A stretch of DNA of 64,000 nucleotides from Octopus sinensis (taxonomy: Eukaryota). Both the position numbers and the translations under genes were made by a program. Where the stretch lies: contig NC_043007.1 of assembly GCF_006345805.1 (NCBI RefSeq), forward strand, positions 37,820,001 to 37,884,000, written 5' to 3'. Positions 1 to 12,785 of the stretch are shown here, piece after piece; the stretch's first letter is position 1; every line of letters begins with the position of its first letter. Below the pieces are notes generated by a model that was not told the DNA's origin, ran no database searches, and saw only the letters and a program-made list of their open reading frames with translations.

Positions 1-547
1 GGTTAAGGCTTTTTATAAAGCAAGTACTTCAGTGTGTCTTTTTCACCTCTTTTACAATTGAGACAGCACATAGAGATAAATGTTCAACTAATGACTGATT
101 ATAGAAAGATTATTCTGAAGATATGTAGAGTGTCATCTAAAAATTCCATTGCAAAATGAAAGCAAGCATGCAAATATATTACCAAGTCAATAAAAGTCAT
201 TTAGTAATATATCACAAAGATAATACTTGTCATACAGAGATACTACCAAATAATAGAAATTTTCAAAATGTACAAACCTAAAAATGTCAAAATAAATTAT
301 TAATATTCAATCTTTTATTTGTTGAGAATACTGCAGGAGTTAGTTACTCCAAGTTCTAGAGTTTCACACTTATGAACAAAACCATTGCCTTCCATCTCTC
401 AAATACTCATTTATCATTTAGTCAAAGGGAAAACTTTTTCCTTTTCCTCATTCTTTTCTTGTAAGTTACATGGTGACTTCACAAGTGCTGGTGGTAAAAA
501 AAAATTACAGAGAGCACTTTGTACAATGGCAGGTGTTAGGAAGGGCA

Positions 548-750
548 TACAAGGTGGTGCTGAAAAGTTCCTGGTTTTGAGGGCATTGTGAAAGGCATGG
601 TTGAAGGCCCAACCTTCCGAGTTCTTTTACAGGGCTTAGAAAAACTGAAGGGATACAGTAATAAGTGTGTGAATCTGAGAGAGGAATATGTTGAATAAAA
701 TCATAATTAACTGATCCTCCTCTATTTTCTTTTACCCAAAGCAAACTTCT
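548..750 (+). mobile_element. Short non-autonomous mariner derivative
   Basis: Starts ta-caaggtggtgctgaaaagttcc (mariner TIR-like) and contains aagtgtgtgaatctgagagaggaatatgttgaataa, the typical transposase end KCV.L.GEYVE*. Confidence 0.6.
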
Positions 751-802
751 TAACTCTACAGCTATGTCTGTGCCTATATATATATATTTATTTTATAGAA
801 GG

Positions 803-853
803 AGCTTCTACAGGACTAGAACTGTTTCATTCAAATGAAATCATCAGGAAGCT
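803..853 (-). ncRNA. Type-I hammerhead ribozyme motif on the host-gene sense strand
   Basis: Minus strand: agcttc-CTGATGA-t ttca tt tgaa t-GAAA-cag ttctagtc ctg-TA-gaagct. Stem I 6 bp, stem II 4 bp (first pair U-U), stem III 3 bp plus A-U, GUA cleavage triplet. Confidence 0.65.
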
Positions 854-1045
854 GTATTGAGTACCTTATTTACTGTGGTTAACCCCGACTCAACCCGGGA
901 CCTACATATATATATATCAGAATGAGACATTTGGGCAGTTTGTATTACAGAATGTTGGATTTCACAATGATTTCAGCAAATTTTAACAACATTGCTCATT
1001 TGAGCCACATTGTTGCTACCAAAAATATTGTGGTTACCAGGCTCC

Positions 1046-1380
1046 ACAATGTAGTACACTTTCTCCCTCATCATCCATGTAACCACTGCACCAAGCTGAT
1101 GCAACAGCATCTGCTCCAACCATGCAGCAGCTATTCTTTTTTTTTTTTTTGCCCACAAGGGGCTAAACATAGAGGGGACAAACAAGGACAGACAAAGGGA
1201 TTATGTCGATTACAATGTAGTACACTTTCTCCCTCATCATCCATGTAACCACTACACCAAGCTGATGCAACAGCATCTGCTCCAACCATGCAGCAGCTAT
1301 TCTTTTTTTTTTTTTTGCCCACAAGGGGCTAAACATAGAGGGGACAAACAAGGACAGACAAAGGGATTATGTCGATTACA
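1046..1380 (+). repeat. Near-perfect tandem duplication, unit ~167 bp, spanning a SINE 3' end and its flank
   Basis: acaatgtagtacactttctccctc...gtcgattaca starts at 1046 and again at 1212. Confidence 0.9.
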
Positions 1381-1720
1381 TCGACCCCAGTGCATTACTG
1401 GTACTTAATTTATCGACCCTGAAAGGACGAAAGGCAAAGTCGACCTCGGTGGAATTTGAACTCAGAACATAATGGCAAACAAAATATCTATTTCTTTACT
1501 GCCCACAAGGGGCTACACACAGACGGGACAAACAAGGACAGACAAACGGATTAAGTCGTTTATATCAACTCCCAGTGCGTAACTGGTACTTATTTAATCG
1601 ACTCTGAAAGGATGAAAGGCAAAGTTGACCTTGGCGGAATTTGAACTCAAAATGTAGTGGCAAACAAAATACCGCTAAGCATCTTGCCCGGCGTGCTAAC
1701 ATTTCTGCCAGCTCGCCGCC
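1312..1720 (-). mobile_element. SINE family A (tRNA-like head plus cctttcatcctttcggggtcgat core), dimeric copy
   Basis: Head ggcgagctggcagaaa...gagttcaaattcc (box B-like); full monomer followed by a 5'-truncated second monomer. Confidence 0.85.
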
Positions 1721-2311
1721 GATATTCTGTTTTACCACTCTCTGAGGATTTGCTTTCTGTTCTCAATCTTAGTGCTCCTCTCACAAGTACATGCTGTGTC
1801 CATGCTGAAGCATTTCCAGCTTCCTTCTCTACCTTGTAAATCATTGCTTTGCTGTGCTTCCTAAGCCTGATTTCAACCAGGTAGGACATAAGTGGATTTA
1901 GGCACAAATCCACACCTTGCTTGCCATCCATGTGCTTCACTCAATTCTCATAGACCTTCATAGTTGAAAATCTTTCTTTCACAGCCAATTCCATATTAAC
2001 TGCCCAGGGCACCATCATCACAACAATATACACACCTGTGTACCCATAAACACACACACATTTGTGTGTGTGGAAATATATACGTGTGCATATGCACACA
2101 CATAAAGTACATAAATTACACTTTTTCCCTTTTTTCTTGTTTCAGTCATGAGACTGCAACCTTGAAGAACATTTAGTCGAATGAATCAACACTGCTTCTT
2201 ACGTTTTTTTTTTTTCAAAGCCTGGTACTTATTCTATTGGTTTCTTTTGCCATACCGATAAGTTATGGGGATTTAAACATACCAACGCCGGTTGTCAAGT
2301 GGTAGTGGGGA

Positions 2312-2354
<43 letters not shown>

Positions 2355-2641
2355 GTTTCTTTTCAGTTTCTTTCTACCAAATCCACTCACAAGGCTTTGG
2401 TTGACCCAAGGCTATAGTAGAAGACACCTGCTCAAGGTGCCATGCAGTGTGACTGAACCTAGAACCGTAAGGTTACCATACAGGCACACCTGTAAAAATG
2501 CAATTCATATATACATACATAACACAGTCTCAGATCAAATCGCTTGCCTGGCAAGTATATATATTCAAACAGACACACACATATATATTTATATATTAGC
2601 AGTGCTCCAGTATGGCCGCAGTCAAATGATTGAAACAAGGA

Positions 2642-2680
<39 letters not shown>

Positions 2681-3196
2681 CACATACACACACATATGCA
2701 CTTGCACACAGAAAGCAAGCAACATTTTAAATACTGAAAATAAATATAAAAACACAAAAGGAAAAGCTACAAGAACACTTCTAAATCTACAACAACTACA
2801 AAAAATCCAGACCAAGCAGAAATCATTTCACTTAAACATAACACAGAGACACATATATATATATCATGACTAATGGGTAAAACAAAGAAGGAAGGATAGC
2901 ACCAACTATCATGCTTACATGCTCCATCAGAGGCAAACAATATACTTCTACATTCAGCAGGACAATACTTCTTACTAAAAGAATCAGCTTTGGTCAAGAG
3001 AACCAAGATGCAGAGAATGGGTGACATGGTGGTGGTGGTGGTAAAAAATATTGTAATGAATTCAAGACAGGTTTGTCTTTGCGGTGAATGGGGTAGAAAA
3101 GAATGAGGTGAAAATATAGGGCTGATTAATAAAGGATTTGACAATCTAATAAGAAATAACCAATGAACAGAAAGAATCTCTTACACACACACATGC

Positions 3197-3261
<65 letters not shown>

Positions 3262-6194
3262 TGCGTGTGTTTGCACACGCACACACATTTTACAGTTTGA
3301 AAATGAAAAGTGGTGTGTAATATAAGATGAATATTAGTGTGTGTGTGCATGTAATTAATGAAAGAAAGATTGTGGATAGCTGAGTCTGTAGGGTACTGAG
3401 AAGCCATTATGTTCATATTAGGTACTGGTACCAACATTGGTAGTCAACTGATAAGCAAAGAGGAAGAGCACAACAAATAGACAGACAGACAGACATGTTT
3501 GTATGTATGTATATGATGGACTTCCTCATAGCTTCTGACTACCAAATTCACTGAGAAGGCATTGGTCAGCCCAGGGTTATAGTGAAAGACACTTAGCCAA
3601 GGTGTTGTGCAGTGGGACTGAACCTGAAACCAGGTGGTTGCAATGTGAGCTTCTTAACCACACAGCCATACCTGCATCTACTGAACAGCTTTATTGTTGA
3701 TGGTGGCAGGAGATGTTGATTTGATAACAGTGAATATGATACTGTATGGTACTGTTACTATGGCACAAGAAATGGAGATGGTGGTGGTGGTAGTGATGGT
3801 ATAACAGGAGATGGTATAAAGTGATGTGGCAGGGGAAGAGACAGCATTCCATAGAGAACAATGCTTCATTTCAACAGCAGGTACATGTATACTACATTAC
3901 ATAAATGCGTGTGTATATACTCACTTTTTCCCAGATGGAGCTTCATATGTTGACCTAAAGATGTGACAAGACTGTTTAGGTATCGATGTGCATTAGATTG
4001 TAGATTAAAGACAAACACAGAAAACACAAAATAACAATAACATGAGAGAGAGAGAGAGAAAGAGAAGGAGAGAGAGAGATAATGGAGTCTGAAGGCCAGT
4101 AGAGGTCAGATAGCAAACTGGGTGGTGCATGCCCAACCTCACACTCTCAAATACATACTATAACTATTATCTTCATCATTGTTACCACCATCATCATCAT
4201 CAATATCAGTAAAGCTGAAATGTGAAATAGGTGTTTGATTTCTTGGTTATTTGTCTCATTTTGGGATGGGAACGGGTGGCATTTGGGTGGCAATTGATGG
4301 GGTCAGATTGGCGCCAAAATTTACACTGGGGGGTAAAATGGGGTGGGCAATGGCGTGAGGAGGGTTACAAGTCGCTACCGTTTGGTTACCGTGGTGAGGA
4401 ATATGGGAAAAATTGAGTTTTATGGGATCGACAAGTTGCGCTGTTTGAATAATGGTGGCTTTTCGTGTTGCTGCAGGGGCTAGAGGCGGTTATCTTTAAT
4501 TGTGGGTGTAAAAATTTGGGGGATTTTGGAAAGGGGGCAAAATTTTTAACCTTTTAAAAAGAGTACATTTTTTTCCCTATTTTTAGATTTGCACAAAACA
4601 ACACCAACACCAAAATCTGAGTGAAGCATGGGTCAAAATAGCTAGTCACATTATAATAGTAATACAAAATAAGGGTTGAGGTTTGAATATTTTGTGACGC
4701 ATCAGACAAGATATCCTGAAATTTTAGTAACATCTCTTTAAGCTCTGAGTTCAAATTCCAACAAGGTTGATTTTGCCTATAATCATTCTGGTGTCAATAA
4801 AATAAGTAATAGTCAAATTAAATTTACCACATTTCCTTCGCCATAGTCATGCTGTGCTGTCACAGTTTATTTACTCATCCATGGTAAATAAAATAAAGGA
4901 CTGGTCCAGCAATGGGGTCAATGGTGTTAGCTATTCCTTCTCCTTAAACTGCTGTCCTTGTGTTTAAATAATACACATTTATTGGTTTCAGATTTTGGCA
5001 CAAGGCCAGCAATTTCAAGGGACATGGATAAATTGATTTACTTCAACCCCAGTACTCAACTGGTATTTATTTTATAGATCTTGAAGGGATGAAAGGCAAG
5101 GCTGACCTTGACAGAAATTGAACTCAGAATGTAAAAACAGACAAAATGCCACTAAGTATTTTGCCCAGCACAATAATAATAAGCCAGATTGCTGCCTTAA
5201 TTAGAACATTTATTAACACGTTTTAACATACATTTTTCACTGTTGACATAGGCTGGATTTGTTTTCAACACAAAAATGCCCCCAATTATATCAATCGTGA
5301 ATCATCTATTTCGTTAGAGACTCAACATTTTCAGATCTGACATCAACATTTCTTTCCAATGCTACCCTGGATCTACCTCTCCACATTCAACCCTCAATGT
5401 TCTACTTACAACGCATGTTATTATAATCTAATAATTTCCAACAAGATTAAACCATGCTATCCTCATCCAGTCATTTCTATATCCAAGCCCAGGGATAATC
5501 CCTTAATCAATTATGTCACAGGCTCACACCTGAAGGCTTAGATTTCAGGCAGTGTATCTTGTATAAAATCACCTTAGAAGAGCCCCTCTCCCCTATACAG
5601 CACTAATGAAAGGTAACAATAAATACTGATCCTTAACCATTTCTTGGAGTATAGTTAAATACAGTGAATGTAGATGGATCTTCTTAAGTTTAAAAGGATA
5701 ACTCAGCAACCAAATCTTATATACACAATAATCTCATTCCAAATCATATGAGAATCATCATCATCGTTTAACGTCCGTTTTCCATGCTAGCATGGGTTGG
5801 ACGGTTCGACCAGGGTCTGGGAAGCCAGGAGGCTGCACCAGGCTCCAGTCTGATCTAGCAGTATTTCTACAGCTGGATGCCCTTCCTAATGCCCAGCATC
5901 TTAACCAAAAAACATTTGCCTCTTGATTTATCAGCATGAAAACCTGGAGTTAAAGGGCAGTTTTTCAGAATCCCTTACAGTAAGATATATGAAAAGGTGT
6001 CACACTATTACTCAATCAAATTTTACTGTCATTTTTGTTTCTCTTAGGCAAGGCTGTCGTTAAGGGGATGCACTGGATGGCACTGTCTCCTCATTATTCA
6101 ATAATATACCTTCAGATTTACAGTGATACACTTATTTTGAAACTCCACTTAAGCATTATTACAAATTAGTGGTCACCTAGAGTATTCTGAAGCA

Positions 6195-6660
6195 CCCCCA
6201 GTTACCAAAGTCTGGTGATGGGCCGCATGGTTCTTGGTCTCAAGCATTTGTCTTATGAAGAAAGGCTGAAGATGCTCGACCTTTATTCTCTCGAAAAATG
6301 ACGCCGCCGTGGTGATCTCATTCTCACTCACAACATCATAAGCGGAAAGTGTAACCTCTCGAAAGAGCTGTTTTTCACTCCTGCTCCAGAGTGTGGGTTG
6401 CGGGGTCACTCCAAAAAGCTCTATCTACGACAATTTCATTTCAATCGAAGGAGAGGGGCTTTCTCCGTCCGGGTTGCGGATCCGTGGAATAAGCTGCCGG
6501 ACAAGATAGTGAAGATGTCAACAACCGCTCAGTTCAAAGTCTCTCTTGACCAGAAATGGCCTGAACTCTTTGTATGACCACCCTCCCTGTACATAACTCC
6601 CTGTCCCCTTACATGGCCTTGCTTTTGCTTTTTGAGCCAATAAAAATTGAATTGAATTTG
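6195..6660 (+). mobile_element. 5'-truncated CR1-clade LINE 3' end
   Basis: KHLSYEERLKMLDLYSLEK*RRRGDLI...LRGHSKKL...FSVRVADPWNKLP...FKVSLD (typical CR1 ORF2 C-terminus); short (AATTG)n tail. Confidence 0.88.
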
Positions 6661-9600
6661 ACGGTTGTTTCCTATTCCTGAATTTCAGTCATTACTTTTT
6701 TAATGGGAGGTGGTTTCAGTATAAGTCTTTCCAGGTTATGCTCAAATTGAGGTCTCTTTCAAGCATACTTTTAACACACTTTTGAAACTATGTTAAGCTT
6801 TGCTACTATGCTAGCTCTGTTAGATAAGTATCTAGTGAGAAAGCTCTTTGCCAACTCTTACGATATCATTTTCATTCATGCATGCAGACTTTTACTTACT
6901 TCTGCTTACACTGACATTCACCATGTAGGAAAATCCACCTCTTTCAGATCAATCAACCCATATTTAAAAAAAAAAAAATACAGAAAGAAATATTACATTC
7001 CACAGCCACCTACTGGTGTCCAGGTCACATTTGATTTAAAGCTAATTCATGTTCTGTCGCCACAAAAGTTAGTTATCAATGCAAGATCTGACTTGATCAA
7101 ATGTAATTATTAAATGAAATAAATATCTGAGATAGTATGTTGTTTCAATCAAGATAATATTTTTCTAGACCATTAAATTCATATTTAGAGTGTATCTTTT
7201 TACTGGTTTCAGTCATGAGGCTGCAGCCATGCTGGGGAATCACCTTGAAGAAATTTTAGTTGAATGAATTGACCCCAGTAATTTTTGCTTTTTAAAGCCT
7301 GGTACTTATTCTACTGGTCTCTTTCACCGAACCAAGTTACAGGGATGTAAACACACTAATAGTGGTTGTCAAGTGGTGGTGGTGGGGGGGGTCAAACACA
7401 GTCAGACCCACACCTATACATACATTATACACACACACATATACATATGTGAAAACGCACTTGTGCCATGTAAAAAGCACCGAGCACATTCTGCTAAGTG
7501 GTTGGCATTAGGAAAGGCATCCAGCCATAGAAACAATGCCTCAACAGACAATTGGAGTCTGGACAGATCCCCAGCTAGCCAGCTCCAGTTAAACCATCTA
7601 ATCCATGCCAGCATGGAAAACGGATGTTAAACGAAGATGATGATGATGATGATACAGAATGGCCTTCCTTCAGTTTCTGTCTACTAAATACACTGATAAG
7701 GTTTTAGTCTGTCTGCGGTTATAGTAAAAGACACTTGTCCAAGGTTCTGTATAGTGGGAATGAATCCAAAGGCAGGTGGTTGGAAAGCGAAGTCCTTAAA
7801 TCACATAACTATTCTTGCACCCGTTACAGCATTTAACTTGTTTCCTGTCAGTTCAGAGTTCAAATCAAGCCAAAGCTAATCCTGTTTCTATATTCAACAA
7901 TCTGGGTTAGGGTTAAGGTTAGGCTTCTTTCAGTTTCTGTCTACTAAATCCACTCACAAGGATTTGGTTGGCCCAAGGCTATAGTAGAAGATGCTAGCCC
8001 AGAGTGTCACACAGTTGGACAGAACCCAAAACCATGTGGTAGAGAAGAAAGCTTCTTCTCACACAACTATAGCTGCACCTATGTCTATTCACAATATTTA
8101 TATCTACACCAGGTATCTTGTTCCTCAACATGGTCTTAAAGCAGAACTAAACTAGAAAACTTTTGTTTTTAAACAAAAAAAAAAAAATAATAATACACAA
8201 TGTCATAGGAGCCTATTCAAGAGATCAAACCAATTAGAGATTAAAGTAAGTGGAGATCATGTTGATCAGGAATTGAACTAAGTGAAACATAAGGCAGATA
8301 TGAATATCATAAATGTACAATTTAAACATGATTAAAACTGTGGCCATGTGTTCAGTTTCCCATCATGGCAGATGTGCCAACTAAAATTATGTGGTTTAAT
8401 TAAGAACAGCTAACTTGATGAAAGGATCTGCTGCAAACCCAAACACAAATGCTATTAAAACAGTTACCATACAGCAAGCATCCAGGTGCTGTCTTGAACA
8501 TTAACTTTCTTCTTGTTTTTGTTTAAAGTGGTGTCAGTTCACATTGATGCTGAAGGCAGTTAGTAATTTCAAAGATTCTATAACTCTGATGTTTCAAGAG
8601 ATTTGAAACAACTAGGCACTATCAATAGTTCATCTTCAAATTATTTAGTTTCTTCAAGTACTCAACGTATAGATTTTTTTGTTGTATGTTTATAGTAAGT
8701 ATACCTCAAAATTGATATGACCAGAGGAAAGATAAATTTTTTGTATTAATATTTCTCATGCAATTACATATATTCTAATATATTAGTGCATGCTAGATAG
8801 AAATGTGTCAGGTGTTAATGCTAGAAGTAAAACAAAAGACTTGGGAGGATTTGCTAAATTCAGATCTGAGATCAGTATAGACCTTGCATAGAATCCAGAC
8901 AAATACAACACAATGTTTTGGGCTCTTCCAACAAATATTAGCTTGGATAAAAACAGTTGTTATAACACTGAAGAAAATTATAATAACGATGATGATGATG
9001 ATGATGCTGATAAAGTTGCAGTATTTGTATGAGTTCATTACAGTTCAAATTTAAATTCCAACATGGTCAAGTACTGGGATTGATGGTATAAACTTAATCC
9101 TTCCCCTCAAAATTGGTAAAGGAAGATACCGGGAGATCATTACTTAAGTAATATGTTTCCTCACACTCAACAAGGAGTTAACTTAAAATTGATTATATTT
9201 CTAAAATCATTGGTTTAATTAGACCTGTTTTACATATTTGAATACACACACACACACACACATCCATACCCTCCTACATTGCAGCCTGTTTTGTTTTAAT
9301 TGCTTTATAGCTCCAGATCAGTTTGAATGAACAGACCTATGAGCAACATCATTCCAACCACGGCCATCACATGTTTTGTATATCGGGGACCACATTAACC
9401 GATATATCTTTCATTACTGAAGATGGAAAAAATAGAGATGCCCTTAAGAAAAGTCTTGAATTCATCCACAACAAGGGCCTCACCAACAAGCAGAAGCACG
9501 CAAGAGATCACGACCTTCATGATGATAATCTAACCCTTACAGCTCAATAACTGTACGATACATAAATCTTGTTAACATCCCTTGAAAATGTTGCAGTCAA

Positions 9601-10835
9601 AAGCAGTCTGTTTCTCAATGCAAATTTTGCTGCTTGAAACACCATGGTGTTTTAAGCTTAAAATGTGTCTCCTCAGTCAAAGTCACCCCACAGAGACTGA
9701 TGAATTTATCAAGGGCACAGGCCCTTCATCATCATCGTTTAACGTCCGTTTTCCATGCTAGCATGGGTTGCTGCACCAGGCTCCAGTCTGATCTGGCAGT
9801 GTTTCTACAGCTGGATGCCCTTCCTAACGCTAACCACTCCGTGAGTGTAGTGGATGCTTTTTACATGCCACCGGCACAGGTGCCAGGGGAGGCTGGCAAT
9901 GGCCATGATGGTGGTTATCGGTAAACAAAATATTTGTTGATGTATGTTGGAAGTCTGTCAAACAGATCATAATTCACGAGGTACCTGTAGAACAGTGAGA
10001 ATCCAAACAATGATGAATTGATTCAGTCTCAATATATTCTGACATATTCAAGTGGGAATATGCTGATCATTGTTGTGTTTCGTTGTTAAGTACATCTTCT
10101 CCTTTTAAACGATGTGTGTTCATAACACGTGATCTACTGATTTGTTATGAACATGTCATCTATAAGGAGATGTCATCCAGTGACAAAATACAACAGCAAT
10201 CAGCACAAACACATTCCAATCTGCCAGAACACGCTCAGATTTAAAAGATACATTTTAAGTAACAAATTATTTACTTATAATTACACATTTTTTAATATTA
10301 CAATAGGAAAGAAAACTTATAATTTACCATTTACACCATGGTAAATCCAGCAATGGGAAAAAAATCTGTGACATTTACTTTTCTTTGTACCCTAAGTTGT
10401 AGCTTATATTATCTAATGGTTAATGAGGCCTGAATAAATGTTACAAAGTATGAATGACTGAACAAAATTGGTTTAAAAACAAAAACCTTCATGTCACACT
10501 ATTTAACATGACAGCCAAGAATGAAGAGCATTTCCACATATGTTTATGCCATAATGTAAATATATATACAGTGTGTGTGTGTTAGTACTTTCAATATGTT
10601 GAAATACCAGTTATTTATATTAGTTGTTTCGGGTTTTATTTTATTATTATTTCACCAAAAAAATGAATGGCAAAAATTATCAATGAATTTTGCAACTTTG
10701 ATTCCACTAATGCTAAATAAATTTACACACATTATATACAAGTGTACACATAAACATACACATTTCATGACTGTTGGTTTACCTCTATTCACACTTGGAA
10801 AGGTCTTTAACCCTTCAGATTACTTTGTCAAATAT

Positions 10836-11749
10836 ATGAAGGTGGTATCAAAAAGTTTCCAGACTAGTTCTGTAGCATGCCAACAGATGGCAGTACATGG
10901 TTCTGTGTGCAGCAAGAGTTAAAAGTGACCTTCATGAGGTAGTGTGCTGAGAGACATCGCTGTATTTACTTTGCAAGTTGTGAAATTTGTGTTTTCATGA
11001 TCATGTGTATGCTGTAGTCTGCAATTTTTGTCATGGACAGGAAATTGGAATAATGAGCCAACGTGAAATTTTGCATAAAATTTGGGAAGTCTGCTACAGA
11101 GACACTGAGCCTGCTTCAGCAAGCTTATAGTGATGAGGCAATGGGTCATATGCAATATTTCAAGTGGCAAGGAGCTTCAAATGCAGAAGAACATCCTTGG
11201 AAGACGATGAGCGATCTGGAATACCTGCCACAAGCGTCACCTTCAGAAATGTGGAGAAAATTCATAAGCTTATGCATGAAGATCATTGGAGGACAGTCAA
11301 CGACATTATTGATGTTGTTGGTGTCGTATAGGTCCATGCAGGCAATCTGAACATCCGCAAAGATTTGGATTCTTCACACCAATACACCCCGTCACCAAGC
11401 CCTCCTCACTCGTGAGTTTCTTGCCAAAAACATCATATTGCTTCCAAACCCACCCTATTCACCAGATCTAGCACCTGTGGGCTTCCATCTCTTCCCCAAA
11501 ATGGAAATGCAGGTGAAAAGTCGCCATTTTAACACTGTTGTCAAGATCAAGAGTGAATTGAAGAATATCCTTGACTGGCTTACATAAAACAACCTCCAGG
11601 TCAGGTTCCAAAAGTGGCAAGAATGCTGGGACTGGTGTATTACTGTGCAAAGTGACTATTTCGAAGGATATGACGTTAAAAATTAGATAAATAAGTTATT
11701 TTTCTATTAAACATAACTAGCCCAGGAACCTTTTGATATCACCTTGAAA
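10836..11749 (+). mobile_element. Internally deleted mariner (DD34D) element
   Basis: TIRs gaaggtggtatcaaaaagtttccagactag / ctagcccaggaaccttttgatatcaccttg. Transposase remnants KFCIKFGKSATETLSLLQQAYSDEAM, PPYSPDLAP and ..DYFEG, with frameshifts. Confidence 0.9.
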
Positions 11750-12368
11750 TTCTTATTTTATCATATTGTTTTGAACTAATCACACATTTTATGTTTTTCT
11801 AGTTCACTTAGTTGCAAACGAGTTGCATCTGTTGCAGAGTGGTGCCAAGCCCAAAATCTTGCAAATGCAAGGTGTCGATATGTCAAAGACCCTTTGATGG
11901 CTACAGCTGACTGGATGATGTAACAACCATTCTGAATGTATCCAATTGCAGAGCTCTTTTTCAAGTACTTGGTTACCATTTTGTGCAACTTCAAGACATA
12001 GGCATAGCTATGTGGTTAAGAAGTTTGCTTCTCAACCACATGGTTTGGGTTCAGTCCCACTGCATGGCGGACTTGTGCAAGTGTCTTCTATTATAACCAA
12101 ACAAGGTTATATGAGTGAGCTTAGTATAAAGAAACTGAAAAAAAGCTTATTGTATGTGAGCGTGTGAAATTTTGTTTCCTAGTCTTGACATCTCGTGATT
12201 GTTGTAAATAAATGTTATTCATTTCCTATATTCTATGAAAACATGTCAGGCTATGGAGAAATATTACCTTGCTTGAAAATTAGTAAAGTTGGTTGGCAGG
12301 AAGGACATTCAGCTGTAGAAAATCCACCTTGAGAAACTCCATCCACTCATATGGTATGACTTGATTTC

Positions 12369-12785
12369 CTATTTCTTTATTGCCCACAAGGGGCTAAACA
12401 TAGAGAGGACAAACAAGGACAGACAAAGGGGTTAAGTCAATTACATCGACCCCAGTGCGTAACTGGTACTTAATTTATCGACCCCCGAAAGGATGAAAGG
12501 CAAAGTCGACCTCGGTGGAATTTGAACTTAGAATGTAATGGCAGATGAAATACCTATTTCTTTACTACCCACAAGGGGCTAAACACAGAAGGGACAAACA
12601 AGGACAGACAAACGGATTAAGTTCATTATATCGACCCCAGTGCGTAACTGGTACTTATTTAATCGACCCCGAAAGGATGAAAGGCAAAGTGGACCTTGGC
12701 GGAATTTGAACTCAGAACGTAGCGGCAGATGAAATACCACTAAGCATTTCACCCGGCGTGCTAACGTTTCTGCCAGCTCGCCGCC
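12369..12785 (-). mobile_element. SINE family A, dimeric copy
   Basis: Same dimer architecture and same junction (gaaataggtatttc) as 1312-1720. Confidence 0.88.

Noticed and set aside
7904-7923. Telomere-like gggttagggttaaggttagg
   Set aside because: Only about 3 imperfect units; too short to call an interstitial telomere.
11063-11350. Mariner ORFs as functional or domesticated transposases (also 19260-19490, 43150-43377, 50573-50770)
   Set aside because: All are fragmentary, frameshifted or internally deleted and lack a complete DD34D domain.
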